Notes: generated by a model not told the origin, from the sequence alone. DNA of 59,947 nucleotides, filler included, from Sphacelaria rigidula (GCA_964200075.2; 10 parts of 10 records of this genome joined end to end with filler, not necessarily neighbours in it); one strand, 5' to 3'. Shown: positions 12,876-26,006, counted from the whole stretch's first letter. Translations and numbers: made by a program.

Positions 12876-14354
12876 ACACAGCCATGGCTCGACGTTGCTC
12901 AGCCAAGGCTCGACGTACCCCTACCACCTGCCGTGCAACTATAGCATACCCAACTTGTATACAAGCCCGGCACAAGCCGGGAAAAGCCGTTCATGCACGT
13001 GCGGGACAGTACAAAACCTATTTTCGTCATTATCCATCTGATCAAGGGGGTACTCACCCACCCCAAAAGGGATACCCCCCCCCCCTCCCCGCTGCCCCGT
13101 CGCCTAGAATGAGGTTTTCGGGAATCGGCGGCGGTGTAAAACGTATTTCAGTCTGTACTTGGGGTAAGATCTATATACTGTTCCGAGATTTTTGGTAGAA
13201 AGTGCGGCGGATTACCCGACGGTATGGACTGATCTGCAGAACGGTGTCTTACTTATTTTCCTTCTCAAGGTGACAAGGAACAAACGTAGATTTGTCTCAA
13301 GGTGTGCTGGGCGTTTTCGATTGGAAGAAATATGGGACATTTCTCATAGCCTACGGAGGAGCTGATGAAGGTGTACGTCCGCACCCCTCGCCCCTATGAG
13401 ATTGCAGTGTGTTTTTCCTCTCTTTTGCCGCCGATAGTATTGAACGTGATAATAAAGATGTCTACACACCTCTTTTTGATCGCTTCCATCTCGACAACTA
13501 GTGTTTCACGAACTTCCTTTTACTTTCTGATAATGCAGTCAGCGTGTGCTCGAAGTACATCGACATATTGCGTGTCAAACCAACCAATAATGCCCATGTT
13601 AAGCTGGCTTCCGAGTCACCAGCTATCATCTCGATGTCCTGTACGGTCATTTATAGCTGAAGAAATGCTGCCAAATTGGGGGGAGGGAGGGGGGGTGTAC
13701 TAATGATCATACATACCGTAGTCATAAGACCACTGACCTCACATTCCTACAACTGCGGGACGGAGCCCGCCGGATTTTGGCCGGACCGGGCTCACATTCA
13801 ATCACCTAGCGCGAAGCGCCGTGGTGTGTTTCGCGAATCGCATGGAGGGTGAGCTGCATCTGCTAAGGTTATTCAGCGCCAAGCATTCTGAATATTTTGC
13901 ACTTGAATGACAGCTTGCAATGATTTGTTTCACTTTCTGGTAACGCCACTTCCAGAGACAGCCATGGCTTATACACTGGCTCATGGGTGTCTCACCATTT
14001 AAACACTAGGTAGTACGATCATCCCCATTGTGCGGAGTTGACGTTCTCCCACGCCACATGACATGATCTAGCTTAACCACCATCATGGTTACTGCAAAAA
14101 CACATGCAATTCCGCGAAACAAAATCGGTGACCTGGTTGTCTAGCTTACGCAGTGAGTGGCGTATTCTATAGCGTCATCGCCAACCGACGCCAACCCCAT
14201 GGTCCGCCCCTACAAAGCCAGGACGGAGCAAGCCGGGTTCTCGTCGGACCAGGCTTAGGGGGAGGGGGCTACCGTGTGTGTGTGTGTCTGTGTGTGTGTG
14301 CTTGTCATTCCATCTATTCTTGACGCCAGTCTACATCTTTTGACACATGTGGGC

Positions 14355-14638
14355 TATAGAGCCCTCCTGGACTCAGAACAAGGTCACAAGATTGCTCCAA
14401 GGGCTTCCTCCCTCACTAGGGCCTGGAGACTTCAAGACAATTGCTATTCATAAACACATGGCCTTCGTTATCGGAAGTAACCACATGCGTGAAGCATGTG
14501 ATGTTCAAATCCGCATAGTCTGCCTATCAGACCCGCAAGTCCGTCAACCAATAGAAAACGCCTACAGCAGATTATGTCACTTGTATATATATCATCACGA
14601 ACCTGCACGCACGTGTACTGGAGGTGGACTACTCTACA
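14355..14638 (-). repeat. 3' LTR
   Basis: Direct repeat of 17015-17298; on the - strand it begins TGTAGAG and ends CTCTATA. Confidence 0.93.
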
Positions 14639-15799
14639 GCACCCCCCAAAACTCCGCACTACTCGAAGTAGAACGCGAGTTTGACAAAACCGTAGACGCC
14701 GACTATAACGTATGCTACCTTTGTCCTCCCAGTAGTGACACACGACCTTGAACTGTCATGTTCCACAAAAACAATAACGTGCACAACCTTGAACATCAAC
14801 ACTCAACGACAGTGTCTCAAGCGAACTCAGGGCTTCAAACCATTCTCCGACGGTAATTTCCACGTGAGCATTCTTACGCAAAGCAAAGGTGTCAAGTATA
14901 GTACCATCTTAACCTGTAGCATTCGATATCATGATATTTTCAAAGCTTCATACCCTACTTTGTCTGCAAACGTGCTCGCGCCTTTTTACTTAGTCCCAAC
15001 TTACACAGCTGAGAACAAATATGCGGTGCTCCTTCCAGAAACATGGGCATACCATCCACACATTCTCCGTTTTGCAGATGCGAAGCACCATCTATGCGCT
15101 TATCCAAGCACATGACAAGCCATCAAAGTTGTACCACAGTAAAAGATCACTGTATTCGCGTACGATTTCGTTTATCGTCAACCTCTAGAAATACTCACGT
15201 TATACTTCTTCACATACAAGCCTACGCATCGACGCATCATGGCAGTTTCCGCTCATTTTCACACGAGCAGCAGCAATCACCATCCCCTATAGGCAGTTTC
15301 TGCAAACTGCACGAAGATGATTCCACTTTTTGCGCGAACAATAATAGACGAGCTTTATTTCATTCAGCACACAGCAGTGTATTGGAAACTGCCTCACGCT
15401 GACTCTTCATCAGACACCATGCAGATCAGTCACACCTGCATGCTCATATTTCACTCAGCAGCTTCTTTGCAGAAACCACCGTGTTTCATACGTGCCAACC
15501 AGCGCAACACAACAGACAGGTCCAGGAACCATACCACCACCACCTACAATCGCCCACAAAACGATTCAGGCATACAAGTCACAATGTAGTTCCTCATTCT
15601 CAACAAGCAATTCCACTAGCACTTGCTCCTGGACATCACCCAACCCGGCGCTCACGGCAACATCCAGCACCTCAGGTAATGCCTGCCTTGTAATTCTCCT
15701 GCGCTCCTCCTGAGAAACAGCAGCTCTCCGGCTACAATCTCGTCCACACCGTAGAGTAGCATTTTCACTCCAACAGTGGCTCCTCGTATCATAGATACA

Positions 15800-16300
15800 A
15801 CTACAGCTCTCACAGCTGCCCCGAAAACCAGTGTGCAATGTCCACTGCACGGCAGGTACCAAGCCCACCCAGGCGTTGGCATCGAGTCTTCCTCTCTGAA
15901 CTATGACCTCCAAGCCACGAACAATGTCACGCATCATTCGCTCACATTCACGATGTGACAACTGCAAATTGGCCACCACGAATCTGCGATCCATCAGCAC
16001 CTTCTTGAGCACTCTCACCGCACGATTCTCATATTGCGATACCGTATCGCTGATCCATCCCTCCTGCGGCCCCAGCGCTTTGCACCATGTCAACAGATGC
16101 TTCACCGTCGTTGCCGCCGTACAAGACTCCGCGGGCTCCAATCGCACGAAGTCGCCCAGGTCATCCATTCTTACCAATATGTACTTGAACCGATCTCCTT
16201 CGTCCAAGCCATTATCTCCCAGCGGACCACCCTCGCCAACACTGAGAAAACTGAAATGAAAAACCTTCCCTGGGCGAACACCATGCACCACCTCCTTGTG
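15800..16300 (-). pseudogene. Degenerate retroviral-type integrase core (rve)
   Basis: RPGKVFHFSFL...FKYILVRMDDLGDFVRLEP..CTAATTVKHLLTW...GPQEGWISDTVSQYEN...CERMMRDIVRGL...WVGLVPAVQWTL, the typical Gypsy integrase pattern with decayed catalytic residues. Confidence 0.85.
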
Positions 16301-16471
16301 GTGACGGGAAACTCCCTCCCCCGCCTTGTATGCGTTCATCCAGCGGAAATAGGACTTCTCGGGCGTTGCAATCGCTGCTCTCGCCCACTCTACCTGCAAA
16401 ATGTAGTACACGAGCCCGAGCGCCACCAATGTTGCGATGCAGCGTGCCAACCACGCCATCCTGACCGGACG

Positions 16472-16867
16472 CTACGCTTTCCGCACACCAGCAGCAGTTG
16501 CTGAAGGATCAATCTCTTCATCCTGCCAACATTTCGCGTGTCGGCCTAGTGCCTCCTTGAGATCATCTTCGTCAAGCACGGATCCGTAAAAAATCGTGCG
16601 TGACAAACACGCACGGATGTGCCTCGGCACCAGTTCAGTAACAGTCAGTAAGACGGCCTGCATGCTACGTCCTTTGTTGTTCATTTTGACCGCCTCTCCA
16701 TACTCGACGTATTTCTGATAAAAACGTCGGGACGCATTTTCGCTAAGATACCGTCCGTACCCTGGGGCTTTCAGCGATCCTGCAGGCATAAGCTCAGTAA
16801 ACTTAAACTTCACCTCTTCACCTGCATCGCCATCACCCACTTCCTTGCGCGCAACAGTTCCAGCCAA
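16472..16867 (-). pseudogene. gag-like remnant of the LTR element
   Basis: 131-aa ORF immediately downstream of the 5' LTR in element orientation. Assigned by position, not by a diagnostic motif. Confidence 0.55.
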
Positions 16868-17014
16868 CCTAGCCGTCTCTCCGTTGTCAGTGAGCTCCCT
16901 AACGTTACAAAGTGCACACTCCTGTATACGAAGTTTTGGATAATTTCTCCGCAGCTGCCCACAGCTGAAAAACCTCTTCCAGAAACCAGCGGGTTTCTCT
17001 AAATAAACGTTTAT

Positions 17015-17298
17015 TATAGAGCCCTCCTGGACTCAGAACAAGGTCACAAGATTGCTCCAAGGGCTTCCCCCCTCACTAGGGCCTTGAGACTTCAAGACAG
17101 TTGTTATTCACAAACACATGGCCTTCGTTATCGGAAGTAACCACATGCGTGAAGCGTGTGATGTTCAAATCCACATAGTCTGCCTATCAGACCCGCAAGT
17201 CCGTCAACCAATTGAAAACGCCTACAGCAGATTATGTCACTTGTATATATATCATCACGAACCTACACGCACGTGTACTGGAGGTGGACTACTCTACA
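17015..17298 (-). repeat. 5' LTR
   Basis: Direct repeat of 14355-14638. Confidence 0.93.
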
Positions 17299-17470
17299 GG
17301 GCGCAACAGTTGTGGCGTCACACAGGAGGGAAGGTCGAAACAGGTATTCTCTGTTGTTCTTATCGCTCCACCTCTCCTCTGCGGTGCTTGACTTTCTTTC
17401 GATGGCGAAAAGGGCTCATCGGTCCATTTCCCTCGTCGATCGTGAAGCTGAGTTTTGTGCACGCTTATAT

Positions 17471-17698
17471 ATATACCTCTGCCACTCAAGATCAGATTGC
17501 CATGTGAACTCCTCCCATCACAGGCACATGGACTTCAGCAGCTTAAGTTATTCATGTATGAACCCTCAGCATATACAGGAGCCCTCTATACTTCTGTCAC
17601 TCAAGATCAGATCGCCATGTGGACTCCTCCCATCACGAGCACATGGACTTCAGCAGCTTTAGTTATTTATGTTTTAGCCCTTAGCATAGTACAGGAGA
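17471..17698. repeat. Tandem duplication, ~116-bp unit x2
   Basis: tatac.tctg.cactcaagatcagat.gccatgtg.actcctcccatcac...cacatggacttcagcagctt.agttatt occurs twice. Confidence 0.9.
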
Positions 17699-17843
17699 AC
17701 AGGATCATAGCCTCTCTCCACCAGAGTGGCAAAACCCAGCCTACACGTCATGGAGGTCACTCATCACAGAGCCCGGCAATCAGACCCGCAACTCCACCTA
17801 CACAATATCCCGAACCTTCGGTAATAATGGTGGCTACAGTCTA

Positions 17844-17915
17844 GCCGGTCGCCCCGGTGGCTCAGTTGGTAACCTCGTACTCTTCTGATGGTTGAGTTGG
17901 GGGGTTCGATTCCCG
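17844..17915 (+). mobile_element. tRNA-derived SINE head (family 1), truncated by contig end
   Basis: gccggtcgccccggtggctcagttggtaac...ggttcgattccc contains an A box and a B box. It is homologous to 26873-26946(-) and has no intact cloverleaf. Confidence 0.75.
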
Positions 17916-19350
17916 NNNNNNNNNNNNNNNNNNNNNNNNNNNNNNNNNNNNNNNNNNNNTTAATTAATTAANNNNNNNNNNNNNNNNNNNNNNNNNNNNN
18001 NNNNNNNNNNNNNNNTCCGTCCCGGTATTGTAGGGATGCGAGGTCAATGGTCTTATGACTATGGCATGCATGATCATGAGTACACCCATCTCGTTCGCTA
18101 CGTGCTACGTTTGATTCCCCATGATGTGTACCCCTCCGTTTGTGGCTGTCTAAGCGTGTGACGCGCCGTGCTTTCTTTTTCTAGTCTACTCGATACGATG
18201 AGGCACCCACCTCATATACGTCACAAGAACTGAACCAATCCGGTTGGGAATCTTGCGACATTTTGGAGGAGGATGGATACTATGCTATACACACATTTAC
18301 TGAACGTAATCGAGCAGCTGGGCTGGTGGATGGGGGCGGAGCGCGTGTCTTGAGTTTTGTCCCCTCGTGATGAGGGGAGAAGAAATAATGAAAGACGTTC
18401 CTTGAATATTTCTATCTCGTGCAGTTTTTGGTCTGCCGTCAATCATCTTCGGCAGCAAGTGGTCGAAAGAAGGCGGCATTTTTGCCTCAACTCCATGGCA
18501 GTAAGGGGTGAAGGACGGGAGATCGTTTCGTAGGCTTCTGTGCGTTTGTGTTCGTGTGCTTATTATATGTGTTTCGTCTGTTTCGCTCAATACCGCAAGA
18601 TACTTTTGGCCGACAATCAGCCGAGGTGACAACGCACAATGCTACCCGCGGACTGTCTCTTCCTTGACGCGGCATGTGTCATTCTTCGACTATCTACGCA
18701 TGGTGTTCAAACAGAAGGACGACGTGGCATGCAGTTCTCTGGTTGCCCGATATTCCTTGGTTGTCGTACGCTAGCGTCATCATCCAAGTCCCCTCGGAGC
18801 GTCAGGATTTTTTACATTGTTTACGCGGTAGATTCTGCCATTTTCGTCAAATTGGACACAGGTCACGCGGGACATTTTTTTTGCTATTTCCGTGAGATGG
18901 GACACGAAGCATGCGGTATATCTTGCTTTTTCTTCAGACTCCCAATATAGTTTAAGGCGGGTGGGGGGAATTTTGTTGTTTCTGATACATTTCCAAGCCC
19001 TCCCTGATGTGCAACATGGTGTCGTGCGCCGGAGTAGCTCTTCCGCATGGCGTGGGCTCTCTGTCTCTGTCTTTCGTCTAAAAAGCTCTTCTTGTTTGCT
19101 CACGTACGTCTTTATGTTTTCAACGGCGGAAGTCAGATTACGACACTCCGAAGAAAAAATCAAAAAAAGGGAATGCATCTGCAGGGCAACGTTCTGTACC
19201 CGCGTTTTCCCGACCTGGTCAATGCAAGCTGGGAAGGATGTGTTGGGTGGGTATGATGTCCTGTATTGAGAGGTATTTTGAAAAGTCGGTCTCTCTTCAG
19301 TAACCAAAACTTGGGTGGAGTGTTGAGATCTCACTCAACAACACCCAGAA

Positions 19351-19788
19351 AACACGGGATTTTACTAATTGGGGATGGATCTCTTATTGAGGGTGAACAT
19401 CCTGAGGATTAATCTTCGTATCCACACCAAATCTTCGAATTACGCTCCCATTTCTTCCCTTGCTGGTACCTTTTGACAACTACTACACGCCATGCATATT
19501 TGGATTTCGATAAGCGAAATGTCGGGGGGTCCTAGGTGAAGTACCAATATTGGCGTCTGATCGGACGCCTAAAATCCCCCCCAAAATCGTTTTTTCACCT
19601 AGGACACCGACATTTTGGTTATCGAAATCCAAATTTGTGTGGCGTGTAGTAATTGTCGGTAGCTATCAGCAAGTGAAGAAATGGAAACATACTTCGAAGA
19701 TTTGGTGTGGAAACGAAGATTTTAATCCTCCGGGTTTTCACCCCCCCCCAAATAAACCATCCCCACTACTTTGTAAAATCCCGTGTTG
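19351..19788. mobile_element. Foldback/MITE palindrome ~440 bp
   Basis: aacacgggattttac...aatcttcgtatccacaccaaatcttcgaa...ttggatttcgataa...cctaggtgaa is mirrored by ttcacctagg...ttatcgaaatccaaa...ttcgaagatttggtgtggaaacgaagatt...gtaaaatcccgtgtt. Confidence 0.85.
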
Positions 19789-19886
19789 GATACTGAGTAG
19801 AGTTTTGCGGTCGTATCTAAGTGTACCCAAAAAATCGGTAATTTTTTTCACGATTGGAACACAGCAGCACAAAATTCGGGAGAGAA

Positions 19887-20166
19887 AGGCCCATTATTAT
19901 CGACACTGTTGTGCGGGCATGTCCGAAATTGTCGGGACTGGCGACGTACGTGATAATTGACGAATGCTTGACAGCGTCACCGCGTGTTCACGGGGCAGCC
20001 GTCCGAAGTGCTGCGCTGAAGTCTGTAATTTTCATACTTTAACAAAACTAAGGCTTCGGAGAAAAAACCACGCTGCTTTATTCTCGGAGAAGTCTGAGCG
20101 CAGAGTCCGACAACTCCGACAATTTCTGAGACCCCCGAATAAACCTGTGTCGATAATAATGAGCCT
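19887..20166. mobile_element. MITE with ~19-bp TIR AGGCCCATTATTATCGACA; second copy 22667-22939
   Basis: Both copies start aggcccattattatcgaca, end tgtcgataa.aatg.gcct and have similar interiors. Confidence 0.85.
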
Positions 20167-22971
20167 TTATATCCCGGTGTTATCGTTATACCCAACACCC
20201 CCCTTGGTGGGTTGTACAGTATCATTCACAAGCAACAACGTTTCCGTGAGATTGAGAGTGACTTTGATCATTCGCTTTAACTTAGCCAATTTGCCATTCC
20301 GTGTGTTCTCTTCTTTACCTCTATCGCTGCCGTGTGCTTACAGCTACGCGTCGATATCCTACTCAGGGATGCCAAGCGCCTCAGTGGCAAGCTACTACAG
20401 AAAGAATATCGGGCCTCGTGAAGGGGCATTTCGGAACTGAAACGATTCATTCACTGATTGACCGCTTTTCACGCTCAATCGTATCCTCTACTCTCAATCT
20501 CACGAAAACGTTGTTTAGCTCATCTGGGTGCGGCAGCACAATCGGAGTACAGTTTGGAGTAATAATGGTATCCGTGATCGTACCCCCCATGCGATGGCTT
20601 TGGATGCAGAAGCCAGCACTCTCTATGCGTTCAATGCCATGCTTCGCTCATAAAACCATGAACGACAACAACAACAACAACAACAACAGGTGATCGGTGT
20701 CCTCGCAACGGCTGCTGACTTGTTGCTTTATTTCCTCCAAGCGCAACCGCAAAGAAATATAACAGTAACTAGCAAAAACGCTCGAGGATCGGGATGACTA
20801 ATGGTTCGTCTGAAGGTTACTTGCTTTTTTTCGGTGTGACTGATTCGTATACCGCATGTATGGACCAATCCCTGGCCTTTGTTTTCATCGTTGCACCCCA
20901 GGTACCCGCACCCTAGCTAGGCAGGTGACATAACGCAAAATTTGCGCAGTGATATTTTCGACCCGCAGTCAAAGTTCTTCTCTCTATCGAGCAATCACGT
21001 CTCAGAAATCAGATGTGATTATTCATTCGAATCAGCCATGATTCTTCCTTGAAACGATGGTCGATTTTGATGCGCGACGGCTTCGTCACCCTCCTCAACC
21101 CTTAAACGCATACTTTTTCAAATTAATGTTGATGACGATTCAGCAGGTCTATATTAACCCTTTCGGAACCCATTGCCGATTGTTGTTTTTGTGAATCGGC
21201 CTCATTTTGACTTGAAACTGGCTGAAAATCATACCGATTCACAAGAACGACGGAGGACCAGCTGCAAATACACAGCTTATTCAGCTCCGCCCACTACATA
21301 CATGTTCACGGTATTCAGCAAGTCATCGGCAGAGGGATAAGCAGAATTCATGACGGTAGCTCCTTTTCTCTTTCCACCGCCCACTTGGGTTTAGTGCCTA
21401 GTGAAAATGACCACATTGTGGCGTGAACGCTCCTTCCCGGTTTTCCCACACTCCACCTTGTATTAGTGTAATTACTACGTTTTAGTATAAGCTCGCGACC
21501 CCCAAAAAACTCCTTGGAAACCCCGGGAACAACGCTATACTGAGTGCAAGTAATGCGATAAGCCATGCTCCGGGAACCCTGGCTTTAAAAACCTGGGACA
21601 GCTTGTCTAGGCCAGGGATAGCCCCCCCCCACTATATTTGCAGTGACATCACACTCGGCAACAGTCCCCGCGCTGGTCGTTCGGGTCTGGTCGATAAATT
21701 TCGCCTCGCCGTGATTGGGCAGGTCGTTCCCAGACTTATCCTTTACTTTTTCACGAAAACATGGTCAACCTCGTCTTAGTGGGGGGTCGGTCCCATGCAA
21801 ACGGGTTAAAACAATAGCACTCGAGTCATTGCTCGTTGTGGAAAAAATAATAGGGCAAGCACTCAAGTCATTGCTCGTGGTAAAAAAAAGGTGATGACTC
21901 GAGCACACGAATCATATTCGTTGTGTGTTCAAAAAACATCCACAAGTGCACTCGTTTCGACGAGTAATGACTCGTCCGACGTGTGAAAAATTGTCAACGA
22001 TTTCTCAAAGGATTAACCGCTTCCCCTAGAAGATGTCGATAAAATATGCAGTCAGCTCTTTGATCTTCCAAAAACGTGTGAGATTACTGGCGGAAAGGGG
22101 GCGCCATATCTGCTCGTCGTGACGAGTCTACTGTAACTGCTGGATGATGACGATCTTTGTGGTACTGTATATTGCACATAGTTTTACAGACAAGTCCCCG
22201 CACAACACATCACAGACGGAGAGGCAAAATATAGGACAATAATAAGGGAGGAAATTCACAACACTATTCGCTCCCCTCCTAGAAGGAATATATTTACATG
22301 TATATGCATATTTAGACCAAATTTTGTCGCAACTGCAGCATTAAGTGGATCCAAAATGTTGTGTGTGTGAAGGGCGTTCGTTCGAGCTATATCTGGTTGC
22401 TGAACTCTTGCGTCTATGGAGAGATATGACCCCCCATAATATATTCAGCACAAAATCACGGCGCAAAAACGAAACACCCCGAGGGTGATGCGCAGCTGAG
22501 AATCCATCCATCCTCTCTATCTTTTTTTTGTCAAGTGACTCGAAACCTTTTGATTTGACTGCACAAAGTAAAGAAAACGCTGTGTACTCGTACTGAAAAC
22601 TCTTATAAAGGTCCCATCCTCACATCTCTTATGGTGACGGAGAAATCACCACCAACCACAAGGGTAAGGCCCATTATTATCGACATTGTTTTTTCGGAAA
22701 TCTCCGAAAATCTCGGACATTCACGACGCTCGACAGCTTGTGAGCACCACGGCGTACACACACGGCAGCTCCCCCGAGTGCCGGGTCGCAGTCCTTCTGA
22801 ATAATCAGACTTCTTCCCTAAATGAAGGTTCGGAGAAAAAACCAAGCCGCTTCGTTGTTGGAGAAGCCCGAGCGCAGTGTCCGACATGCCCGAAAAATTC
22901 GGAGGTCTCTGAAAAAGAAGTGTCGATAACAATGCGCCTGAGTCAAAAACCGAAAAAAACGATCGAAAACG

Positions 22972-23026
22972 AAACAAAACAAAACAAAACAAAACAAAAC
23001 AAAACAAAACAAAACACAAAACAAAC
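22972..23026. repeat. (AAAAC)n microsatellite
   Basis: Direct reading. Confidence 0.95.
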
Positions 23027-23287
23027 ATCGAAGCATTTTACACTCTACTGCATTGCACTGAAGCTCTCTCGTCATTTCTACAACAATGCCACGGGTTAAG
23101 AAAAGACACACATGCATACACATACATATGTATACGTACTTCGAAGTACATCTATGCGAGTGAACAGACCTACCAAAAAAAAATTCCACTGATAATCGGC
23201 GCGACATGGACCGATGCAACGAAAAAGACAAAAACTCAATACGAAGCACCGTTGGGCCATAACACGTGACGGACAACCAATCTGAGT

Positions 23288-23545
23288 TCACCCTTGGACA
23301 CTACTACTACCACGTTTGGGAACAGCATCTGGCGCTGCGGTCGACTTGGGCTCAACACTACCAGCTCCGCCGCCCCCGCCGCCGCCGACCTTTTTTCGGC
23401 GATCGACGTCGAACGCTAGCTTCAAGTACGACAACAGTTCTAGCCTTCCAAGTCTAGATTTTGCGCTCGTCGAAATGATGGGCGTCGATTCCGCGAAGCC
23501 GCGAGACTGGAGCGCCTTCCTGATCGCGCTTACTGTCGCCGACCG
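23288..23545 (-). CDS. Probable last exon of an EngB/YihA-like GTPase
   Basis: After acceptor ccacag: RSATVSAIRKALQSRGFAESTPIISTSAKSRLGRLELLSYLKLAFD...VQG* (258 nt, in frame to TGA). TSAKSRLGRLEL resembles the G5 motif and last helix of YihA-type GTPases. Confidence 0.6.
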   Translation of the reverse strand, partial: RSATVSAIRKALQSRGFAESTPIISTSAKSRLGRLELLSYLKLAFDVDRRKKVGGGGGGGAGSVEPKSTAAPDAVPKRGSSSVQG

Positions 23546-24113
23546 CTGTGGATGATTGGATGATGACCGGTGGTATATGTTGTTCGTTTACGTTGCGGTA
23601 CGAACATGCGAGGTAGGTCAAGGAGGAAAAGGGGTGGGGGGAGGGGAAGGGAGGGGTTGGAGCGGGGTCGGGGGGGGGGCTCATGTGTTGCTTGCCTCAC
23701 TTACTTGACCATTGATCACGAACCCCTCTCGAGACAGAGCAGGGGTAGGGGGTGTGTGCTCATGATCATGCATGCCATAGTCATGAGACCATTGACCTCG
23801 CATCCCTTCAAAGCCACGACGGAGCGTGCCGGGTTTTCGCTGGACCAGGCGCGCACTCAATCACCAAACGCAAAGCGCCGTGGCGTGTTCGGCGAGCCGC
23901 ATAAAGGGTCACCTATGTCCNNNNNNNNNNNNNNNNNNNNNNNNNNNNNNNNNNNNNNNNNNNNTTAATTAATTAANNNNNNNNNNNNNNNNNNNNNNNN
24001 NNNNNNNNNNNNNNNNNNNNTGTGTGTGGTTTGGTGGTGGGGGGTGTTGGGAGTTTGGTGGATTATTGTGCGTATACAGTACTCCGGGGGATGCAGCCAC
24101 ACATACACACCCA

Positions 24114-24116
<3 letters not shown>

Positions 24117-24152
<36 letters not shown>
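24117..24152. repeat. (TA)n microsatellite
   Basis: Direct reading. Confidence 0.95.
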
Positions 24153-24155
<3 letters not shown>

Positions 24156-24744
24156 AGCTGTCGATAAAACAGACGAAAACGTTACTTCATACGTACCAAA
24201 ACCGCAACAGCTTCTCGCACAGTAAACACACGACAGTGATGCTGGCGGTCAACAATCGAAATTCTCTCCGTTTGTCTCAAAGAAAATAAATAAATAATAG
24301 AGAACAAAACAAGCCGGAAGGAAAGAAAAAAAAGAGACACCCATCACCAACCAAAAAGCAGCACAGTGCAGAATAATACAAAACACAATATACAGGGAAC
24401 CTCGTTGGGACCCAACATCTTGCACCGAATGAGAACCTCGGGCTCGAGTCTATCGTGTGTTTGTGTCTAATTCATTCTTGCGGCGCAATGATGCATGCCG
24501 AGCACGTACCAAGTCCGTGAAACACGAGCGCGAGCTGGAGGAGCACAACGCAAGTACAGGTAGACGCACATGTCACAAGAGTGATGCTATGGTAGGTGGG
24601 GGGGGGGGGGGGGAAAGGTTTGGCCCCTTTTTCCCCCCAAACCCCCCCCCAAAATCTTCTTTAAAACAAAAACATTTTGTTAAAAGGCCTTNNNNNNNNN
24701 NAAGGGGGAGAGGAGGGCGGGGGGAGCGAGGGGAGGGGGGGGGT

Positions 24745-24778
<34 letters not shown>

Positions 24779-26006
24779 AGGTTTTGGCCCATTTCTCCCA
24801 CGAGACTCCACCTCAAATCGTCGTTGAAATCAGCAACGTTTGTTCGAAGGCGCTTGGTACCAATATGAGACACTCACTCATACCACTTGACACCGCTTTC
24901 ACCCAAACACAAAAGCACAAAGAGTAGTTGTTTCGTCTGACACACTCGCAAGCCCCTGTTTTTCGTGGAACAACACCCCCCCCTATCGTGGCATCAATCA
25001 CAACATAACCGTATCGCAGCTTATATATGTATATATATACAACACAGCACAAAGCACAAGCCATTGCCACGCGATATACACACATATTCAAACCAAATCA
25101 AACCAAATCCTAAAAGTATAGCTCGCGTAGAATAACGGTCTGCCCACGCACAGCGGCGCCACCAGGGGACTTCACCCCTCTCCCCCCCCCGTCCCAACCC
25201 GAAACATAAACACACACACGCCAATTGCCCCGAGATGGCATGATTAGCGCTGCCAAAAACACTAGTATCAACTACACAATAGCACAACGCGACACACCTA
25301 TCGTGACAACTATGGCTCCCCGAGCACACTTTTCGTCGGCAATATATATTCTTCAAACACATGACGGAAAAACTTTCACGCTGTCCTCCCGAGGCAACAC
25401 GTGACCCCCACGCCATGAATCCCGTAATCACACACCGAGCAACCACCCTCTCGATTGCGATCTGCCCTTCCTAGAGGCGACAAGACGAAGGTCGTGCGTT
25501 ATAGTTTCAATATTTGAGAACAGCGATCTCAACTGAGTCTACATACACGCGAAGCCAACCGCTGAGTCAAGACCGCACGGAATGGAGCACCGCACACAGC
25601 TTGACTTGAACTAAACCCCCCTTACTCATCCCCCAAACTGAACAGCAACTATTATATTCGTTGTGATTCAAGACAAAACTAAACTACACACATCCTTCCC
25701 CCTCGAAAAAACACAACAGGGAGCCACATCGAGAGAAAAGAGATACAGACCAACACAGAAAACAGAGGCACCCAGTTCTCCGAAATGGTGAGAAAATAAA
25801 TAGGAGGGGAGGGGGGGGGAGTTGAAAAAAACTCACACATGAGTATATCTGGAAGAATCGAATGATCATTTGATCAGTTGCTTTCAAAATGCATTCACTA
25901 TTTTTCCCGCTCTCTTTTGGTGCGGACAATCACTTTTTTTTCTTCTTCCCCCAAAACACTACTTTTCAACTCTCAACAACCAAGTATTTCCTTTTTCATC
26001 CAATTT

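Larger units (their letters stand above)
14355..17298 (-). mobile_element. Internally deleted (non-autonomous) Gypsy-type LTR retrotransposon, 2944 bp
   Basis: Two 284-bp LTRs (14355-14638, 17015-17298; 9 mismatches by my count) and a 4-bp TSD GGGC on both sides. A G-rich PPT-like tract (ttttggggggtgc on -) lies before the 3' LTR. Gag-like and integrase remnants are present; no RT/RNase H was seen. Confidence 0.93.

Noticed and set aside
17844..17915. tRNA gene
   Set aside because: A/B boxes are present but there is no consistent acceptor or anticodon stem, and it is homologous to the SINE head at 26873-26946.
21815..21990. CRISPR-like short repeats (gcactc.agtcattgctcgt) with spacers
   Set aside because: Only 2-3 degenerate copies, some inverted, with irregular A-rich spacers, no cas genes and a eukaryotic context. 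More likely transposon subterminal repeats.
24597..24855. Apparent tandem duplication around a 10-N gap
   Set aside because: The left copy is a homopolymer-smeared version of the right copy following a poly-G run, which is typical of a sequencing/assembly artefact.
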